DNA of 64,000 nt from IMG/VR virus record IMGVR_UViG_3300018891_000001, positions 1-64,000 of that record. The stretch is one strand, 5' to 3'. Shown here one piece after another: positions 58,538 through 64,000 of this stretch (the first letter of the stretch is position 1; every line of letters starts with the position of its first letter). A program made the translations under genes and the position numbers. The notes under the pieces are model-generated. The model was not told the origin of the DNA, ran no database searches, and worked only from the letters and a program-made list of their open reading frames with translations.

Positions 58538-59406
58538 CAACAAATCGAGTAATTTTAACCAAGAAAAACTTCTTTCAAGGAAATAAAATTCCGTCTATGC
58601 GAGATGCTTATCCAAGGAAAGATAATCGAGTGGAATACCAAATTTATCACTCGGATTATTTCTCAAGTGCCGATGTGAAATTGTATTTTGGAGATATCTG
58701 GGTAGATGATGCAGTAAGTATTAGTTTTCAAGTATCTGAAGAAGTCATGCCGATTTATGGTTATCATTCTTATACGTATGATGCGATTGCCCGAGGACGA
58801 AGACTGGTGCAAGGTCAATTTGCTATTAACTTTACTTCTGCGGGTTATCTTCATCAAGTTATTGAAAATGCTCATGCGATTTTCTATGCTTTGGAAGAAG
58901 GAAAGAAAAAAGGCTTGATTCAACCCCAGTATTATCAAAATATGAAGCTAAATGAAATTCTGATGAAGTTAGGGAAAGAGTCATTTGATCAAATTGCAGA
59001 TGAATATGAAAAAGCCATTTGGGGTGTTCAGGAAGATAATGACCAATATTTAAGTTATGCAGACCGTCCTTTCTTCCGTCAAAATCAACTTGGTTTTGAT
59101 ATTCGTATCCAATACGGGGCTATAGCGGAATCCACTGGTTATGTGAATGGTCGATTCTATCAATCAACCAAAGCGGAAAAGCCTAATTCTACAGTTGATG
59201 TCATTAATGGAGTGCAGCTGAATGGCATGAGTAAACAAATTGCTACATCTGATCAAGGAGCTCCGATTTTGGAGTATTATTCGTTTATTGCTCGTGATAT
59301 TAATGGGGTTTCCTTTGCCCATCTAAATCGAAAGCGAAGTCAAATTCAGCAAGTGAATGACATTCCTACCGTATATCGTAAGATGCAATATGGACCGATC
59401 GTATAA
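58534..59406 (+). CDS. Tube-like paralogue 3 (possible tube initiator)
   Basis: YFSSADV...ISFQV.EEVMPIYG.....ARGRRLVQG. Confidence 0.65.
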   Translation: MTTNRVILTKKNFFQGNKIPSMRDAYPRKDNRVEYQIYHSDYFSSADVKLYFGDIWVDDAVSISFQVSEEVMPIYGYHSYTYDAIARGRRLVQGQFAINFTSAGYLHQVIENAHAIFYALEEGKKKGLIQPQYYQNMKLNEILMKLGKESFDQIADEYEKAIWGVQEDNDQYLSYADRPFFRQNQLGFDIRIQYGAIAESTGYVNGRFYQSTKAEKPNSTVDVINGVQLNGMSKQIATSDQGAPILEYYSFIARDINGVSFAHLNRKRSQIQQVNDIPTVYRKMQYGPIV

Positions 59407-59447
59407 AAATGGCTTTCTCTTATTTGAAAAAGAGATTATAATATTAT

Positions 59448-59461
59448 TGTAAAGCATTACA
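59448..59461. promoter_or_regulatory. Operator variant TGTAAAGCATTACA upstream of chaperone genes
   Basis: One mismatch to the palindrome; just downstream of TATAAT 59437-59442. Confidence 0.55.
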
Positions 59462-59477
59462 AGAAAGGGGAAAGAAA

Positions 59478-60026
59478 ATGAGCAAAAGGTCAAAGCAAAA
59501 GCCACAAAATCAGGATGAAATCCTTCAGGCATTTGAAAATGCCAAAGAAGAACAATTAGATTTGCTTGAAGGTTTTTATAATCATGAAGATACTGAGATA
59601 CAGGGCCATCATGAGGAAGTCATAGAAGAAACACAAGAAGAACAAGAGGAAACTTATTATATTGGAGCCGATGGAACTCGTTATACAGAAGAAGAATGGA
59701 ATGCTCCGGTTGTTCGAAATGGTCCTACCCGACGAGAAGTAGAGGGTTGGAAAGAACGTTACGGACACGTATATTTCACTCCATTTGAAGGGGAAGTGTT
59801 TGTATGGCGTACACTTCAACGACCAGAATATCGTGAAATTATCCGTGATACTACACTAACAGCCCTCGATCGAGAAGAATTGTTTACAGAAAAATGCGTT
59901 CTTTATCCGTATGATTTTTCACTAGAAAAAATCAAAAAATCTAGAGCTGGAATTGCTAGCTTATTATCAGAAATGATTATGGATAAATCGGGATTCGTAG
60001 CACAAAGTGCTCCGATCAAACTCTAG
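59478..60026 (+). CDS. Tail assembly chaperone
   Basis: Position; FVWRTLQRPEY...CVLYP. Confidence 0.65.
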   Translation: MSKRSKQKPQNQDEILQAFENAKEEQLDLLEGFYNHEDTEIQGHHEEVIEETQEEQEETYYIGADGTRYTEEEWNAPVVRNGPTRREVEGWKERYGHVYFTPFEGEVFVWRTLQRPEYREIIRDTTLTALDREELFTEKCVLYPYDFSLEKIKKSRAGIASLLSEMIMDKSGFVAQSAPIKL

Positions 60027-60069
60027 CAGGACACTTCGTTCTGCTTCATTTTTTATAGGGGCGATTATC

Positions 60070-60798
60070 ATGATAGGAATTGATGATATTCTGAAGTGGA
60101 AGCATATGTATGGTGAAATTTATCAAATGCAAATTCTAGATCAGCATTTCATTTTTCGTCCAGTCGGCCGAGAAGAATATAAACAGATTATTTTATATGA
60201 TCTCGAGTTAGGAGAATTTCAAGAGGCGATTTGCCAGAAAGCAACCATTTATCCAGAAGACTATGACTACAGTAAAGGAATTGCTGGGATTGCCGAAGTT
60301 CTTTGTGACGCAATTTTAGATGCATCAGGTCTACACATAGGACAAGCCAAAGAACTTCTCGAACAATTTCGATTAGAAATGATGAATTATGATTATCAGG
60401 TTGATTGCCTAATCCATGAAGCGTTTCCGGAATACACTTTAGAAGAAATCTCAACATGGCCTGTGCGGAAAACCATGTATTATTTATCACGAGCAGAATG
60501 GATATTAACTCATCTAAAAGGAGTCCGACTTCAAACCATTGATGAAACAATGCTACAAGAACAACAAATTCATCCGTCACCAGATTCGCCACCTGTCCAA
60601 CCGCCAATATCGAAAACTGTACCGTCTGCCTCACCACAAGAAGCTTCTTCTCATCAGATCCAAAGTGAAGAAGAAGTTTTGGCTATGTTAGCCCAAACAG
60701 GTGCGAAAATCGCCCGTCCTTCCACAAATATGGATGATGTAAAGCCGGAACTTACTTGGTTTAGTTATATTGATGAGCTTAAAGGGGAATTTGATTAA
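60070..60798 (+). CDS. Second tail assembly chaperone-like protein
   Basis: ATG 60070 after GGGGG RBS; FIFRPVGREEY...ATIYP resembles the previous gene. Confidence 0.6.
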   Translation: MIGIDDILKWKHMYGEIYQMQILDQHFIFRPVGREEYKQIILYDLELGEFQEAICQKATIYPEDYDYSKGIAGIAEVLCDAILDASGLHIGQAKELLEQFRLEMMNYDYQVDCLIHEAFPEYTLEEISTWPVRKTMYYLSRAEWILTHLKGVRLQTIDETMLQEQQIHPSPDSPPVQPPISKTVPSASPQEASSHQIQSEEEVLAMLAQTGAKIARPSTNMDDVKPELTWFSYIDELKGEFD

Positions 60799-60971
60799 TG
60801 TTTCCATTTTGGCAATGTATTCAGACCATTCGATTCGACCCACGAGTGAATCGGTCTTACGGAGATGGACAATGGTGCATTCAAGAATGTTGGGCTATTT
60901 ATTTTCGTAGACGTATCGAATTGTTAGAGTTAGACAAGGAGGAGTTCTCTCATGGAAGAAGTACGATTTGA
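60798..60971 (+). CDS. Possible 57-aa protein
   Basis: TAATG overlap with the upstream stop. Confidence 0.35.
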   Translation: MFPFWQCIQTIRFDPRVNRSYGDGQWCIQECWAIYFRRRIELLELDKEEFSHGRSTI

Positions 60972-63900
60972 AGAATATATGGGACGAGAAAGGCAAACCA
61001 CTCGCTTTTTCCATGATGAGAAGGAGCGGGAACAATTGCCTTTAATTGCAGAAGTGGGAATAGGTCTTGCAGCAGTTGCCGGACTCCTTGCAGCTGGGCA
61101 TCGAACTGGTGTCATTCGTCGTATTGCTCAGTTTCTCGATATAGAAGCCAAAGCTACCGTTCGAGCGGTTCGGGAAACAATGGATCAGCAGGGAAGTTGG
61201 TTTCGGGGAACTGATAAACTAACCGCTAGACGGATGAAAATATTAAAAGAAAGTTTTATCAATCGGAGAAAAGAAATCCTTCAGGATCTTAAAAAAGGCT
61301 CCAAAGATATCCTCTTAAAAAGAGAAATGGATATGGAGCGGTATTTGAATCAACGCAGACAACTCATTGGAAAAATTCGAAATATGGGACAATACGAAGG
61401 GGAAGTACCTTATCATATTCAAGAAGGATTTCGTTTCGCAGCAGTAATGGATGATATTCGTCAGAACTCTCAATTGCCTACCGAGGCGATTCAAGAATTA
61501 GAAAAAGCATTAGCAAAAGGGCGTAATGGAATCCTTGATTATGGGTCAGATGATCAATTGCGTTTACTGTTGCAAAAACATGGAAAAGGCCTCAATACAG
61601 ATGAGGTTTGGAAAGCATTAAAGACAGCTAGAGAGAAATACCGGGGCAAAGATTTTATTGCTGAAAATCCAGATGCTCGCCGACTCGTAGAAGGAATGCA
61701 AGAAAAATTAAGAGAGTTTACAGCCCTTCAAATGCAAAATATTACGAAAAAAGATCATCTACTTAAACAAATGCGAATTGGACATAAGCAAGCTACTGTC
61801 GGCGATATTTTGCGTTTAGAAGAAGCTGGTAAAATTCGAATGAATGCCGATTTAAAAGCACAAATTCAAGAAGTCTTGCGTTATAACAAGGATTTCAAAA
61901 AAGCAATTTTTGATGAGAATCTCTATATTTCTACTAAAAATGATGAACTAATAGATTATAAGGTATTTAGTGATATCCGAAGGAGAACAGCAGAATGGTG
62001 GGCTAATACAATCCCTGGTGGTCTGTTGCACTTGCGGGATATCTTAAATGTAAAAACCGCCCGAGAACAAGCAAGTTTTCGTATTTTTGAAAGAGGAACC
62101 ATTCAAGCTTCTTTGAATGCCCATCGAGGATTTGAAATTACTGAACCTCTAAATGAAGAAGTTATCTTTGTGAATGGTAAATTTGTAAAGCTCTTTGACT
62201 ATGATGCAATTAATAATAATGCTCCCTTAGAAATCTTGAATCCAAAGCGAGACATGTTCCTAACATCTTCTCAGTTTGGTTCAATGGGAAAAATGCATCG
62301 TCATATGTCAGGACTTATGACAGATAACGAATCTCCTCGGAATATTATATCTTCTTTCTTTGATATCGGACGACAAGATAAAGATAGTGTCTTTATCCAA
62401 GGTGTGAGTGTCTTTACGAAGTTTTTTAAAGACGATTGGGAACGAAATAAAATGAAATCATTCATTAAATACGGGATTAATACCCCAGAGGATTTTTTTG
62501 AATTGAACACATATTTCCGATTGAATACAAAAGGGTTTAGTGCACGGTTATTAAATAATTTAAGAGGACACTTGCCTCGATCTATAGAGGAATTTATTGA
62601 AAGGGAAAACGTTAATTTTTCAAGACAGGAAGATATCTTAAAACTATTTAGTCATATCGGTGAGAAGGAAATCAAGCGAAAGGGTAGCCCTTATACGGAG
62701 CTTGTCACATTGTATCGACAATATCGTCGCAATCCAGATGCCGTATTAAATCGAAAAACGCCTGTTGGAGAAAGTAATCCGATTTTAGGGCACCATACTC
62801 ATATTCAGACTGGATATGATGTGATTCATCAGCAAACCAGCTTATATCTCTTGCAAGAAATGTTGATGGCTCGGCCGGGAAAAGGGATTTATATAGACCT
62901 TGCCAATCAGTTTCGAAGAGAACTGCAAGGATTGTATTACGACGGTAAAATTTTTAAAGATGAGTTACAAAAAGCAGAAGAACTATTAAATTACAGTATG
63001 TTTCGTTCTCAAGGGTTTGATTTTTTCGAGAATCGAAATGCAGCTTTAAATCGTGTTAGTTACTTATTCCAACATAATGAAGAATTCCAGGATGCAATGA
63101 GAAAAATGGTTCGGCGCACTAACCCAATGTGGGAACGCTTCTCGGAAATTCGTCCAATTAACCAAGTGGAAGATGAATATGTAGCTATTAGTAAATCAAA
63201 TATAGGAGGCATTTTTAATCGTATTATCGGATTAAATTCAAGTCTTAAAGAGCGAGCACAAGCAGCAGGAGAATTGTTCCGTCAATGGAGTCCATTTACA
63301 GGACGACGCAATATGGAAGATGTCACTCCATTTACCCTGTTTGGTGTGTATTATCCAGTATATCGCTTACAAGATGCACTCGGTAATGCAGGATTAGGAT
63401 TTTCCGATCAATCAATGGGAAATACCTTCCAAATGTTTTCTGCTCTTATGTGGAAGCGAATTTTCCCGGTGTATGGTACCGTAGAAGGCATAAAGTATAT
63501 GGATTGGAAAATGGATCAATGGACAGGAGAAGGTCTTGATGAGCGATGGGAAAACTATAAAGCACAATATCGTTTAGAGAAAGCATTGGAGCGAACACCG
63601 GAAGAAATCTATCAACTTAAACGGGAGCGAATGCTTCGACCAGGTATTGAACATTGGGAAGCTATGCCGGATGTTCACATTCCGGGAATCGGCCCTGTTG
63701 GAGCAGGAGATTTCTTAAATTTATTGTTTGCTCCGTTGATGGGTTATGCTCCTCTTCGAGAAGAAGATATGATGACTTACGATGAAACTCTCCATGATTT
63801 GTATTACGGAACGGAAGAAATCCGAAAATCCCGTTGGTGGCTCTTTGGTTCCAAGTCAGCATATCGTGGAGATCGGATTATTGAATTTGCTCCAAATTCG

Positions 63901-64000
63901 TTCCGTTTAGCACATAGCGATTATGAATGGACAAATACAAATGCAACCGGAGAAGAATACTGGAGTCATCATTTATTACCGACACTCGAAAATCCATTAG
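60952..64000 (+). CDS. Very large virion protein (tape-measure position), partial, >1016 aa
   Basis: AAGGAGGAG RBS plus ATG 60952; frame open at every line spot-checked through to the window end; absent from the ORF track because no stop lies in the window. Confidence 0.75.
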   Translation, partial: MEEVRFEEYMGRERQTTRFFHDEKEREQLPLIAEVGIGLAAVAGLLAAGHRTGVIRRIAQFLDIEAKATVRAVRETMDQQGSWFRGTDKLTARRMKILKESFINRRKEILQDLKKGSKDILLKREMDMERYLNQRRQLIGKIRNMGQYEGEVPYHIQEGFRFAAVMDDIRQNSQLPTEAIQELEKALAKGRNGILDYGSDDQLRLLLQKHGKGLNTDEVWKALKTAREKYRGKDFIAENPDARRLVEGMQEKLREFTALQMQNITKKDHLLKQMRIGHKQATVGDILRLEEAGKIRMNADLKAQIQEVLRYNKDFKKAIFDENLYISTKNDELIDYKVFSDIRRRTAEWWANTIPGGLLHLRDILNVKTAREQASFRIFERGTIQASLNAHRGFEITEPLNEEVIFVNGKFVKLFDYDAINNNAPLEILNPKRDMFLTSSQFGSMGKMHRHMSGLMTDNESPRNIISSFFDIGRQDKDSVFIQGVSVFTKFFKDDWERNKMKSFIKYGINTPEDFFELNTYFRLNTKGFSARLLNNLRGHLPRSIEEFIERENVNFSRQEDILKLFSHIGEKEIKRKGSPYTELVTLYRQYRRNPDAVLNRKTPVGESNPILGHHTHIQTGYDVIHQQTSLYLLQEMLMARPGKGIYIDLANQFRRELQGLYYDGKIFKDELQKAEELLNYSMFRSQGFDFFENRNAALNRVSYLFQHNEEFQDAMRKMVRRTNPMWERFSEIRPINQVEDEYVAISKSNIGGIFNRIIGLNSSLKERAQAAGELFRQWSPFTGRRNMEDVTPFTLFGVYYPVYRLQDALGNAGLGFSDQSMGNTFQMFSALMWKRIFPVYGTVEGIKYMDWKMDQWTGEGLDERWENYKAQYRLEKALERTPEEIYQLKRERMLRPGIEHWEAMPDVHIPGIGPVGAGDFLNLLFAPLMGYAPLREEDMMTYDETLHDLYYGTEEIRKSRWWLFGSKSAYRGDRIIEFAPNSFRLAHSDYEWTNTNATGEEYWSHHLLPTLENPL

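Noticed and set aside
59478-60798. Programmed -1 frameshift joining the tail chaperone ORFs
   Set aside because: The second ORF is in the +1 frame, has its own RBS and ATG at 60070, and looks like a paralogue; no suitably phased slippery heptamer precedes the first stop

Overview
This window is part of a large myovirus-type phage or plasmid-prophage of a Bacillales-like host (Firmicutes-type RBSs and sigmaA promoters). No host genes and no integrase were recognised. Left arm (1-20.2 kb, minus strand): small accessory genes, DHH phosphoesterase, SNF2 helicase, putative SSB, RadC/JAB protein, LysM protein, a catalytically degenerate RNase H, a YspA/SLOG protein and a 1159-aa single-chain two-barrel RNA polymerase (YonO/RdRP-like, DCDGD motif). 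Eight copies of one motif, CACC-AAAT-[5-bp stem]-GGA-[stem], lie on the template strand left of the polymerase gene; seven are just upstream of a clear left-arm gene. Their geometry matches phage N4 DNA-hairpin promoters as I recall them. Transcription switches strand at a GC-rich fold-back near 20.2 kb. Right arm (plus strand): a non-coding RNA island (tRNA-Asn, a ~500-nt ROOL-like ornate RNA, further structured RNAs), a ParM/ParR/parC-like partition cassette, four tandem paralogues sharing an N-terminal SNxPxQR motif, and a terminase large subunit split by two group I introns (one with an intact LAGLIDADG gene, one with a remnant). These are followed by portal-MuF, protease/scaffold, capsid, fibre-like, neck, sheath, three tube-like genes, two chaperones and a >1000-aa ORF that runs off the window. 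All calls come from reading the sequence and from remembered family motifs; no database search was run.
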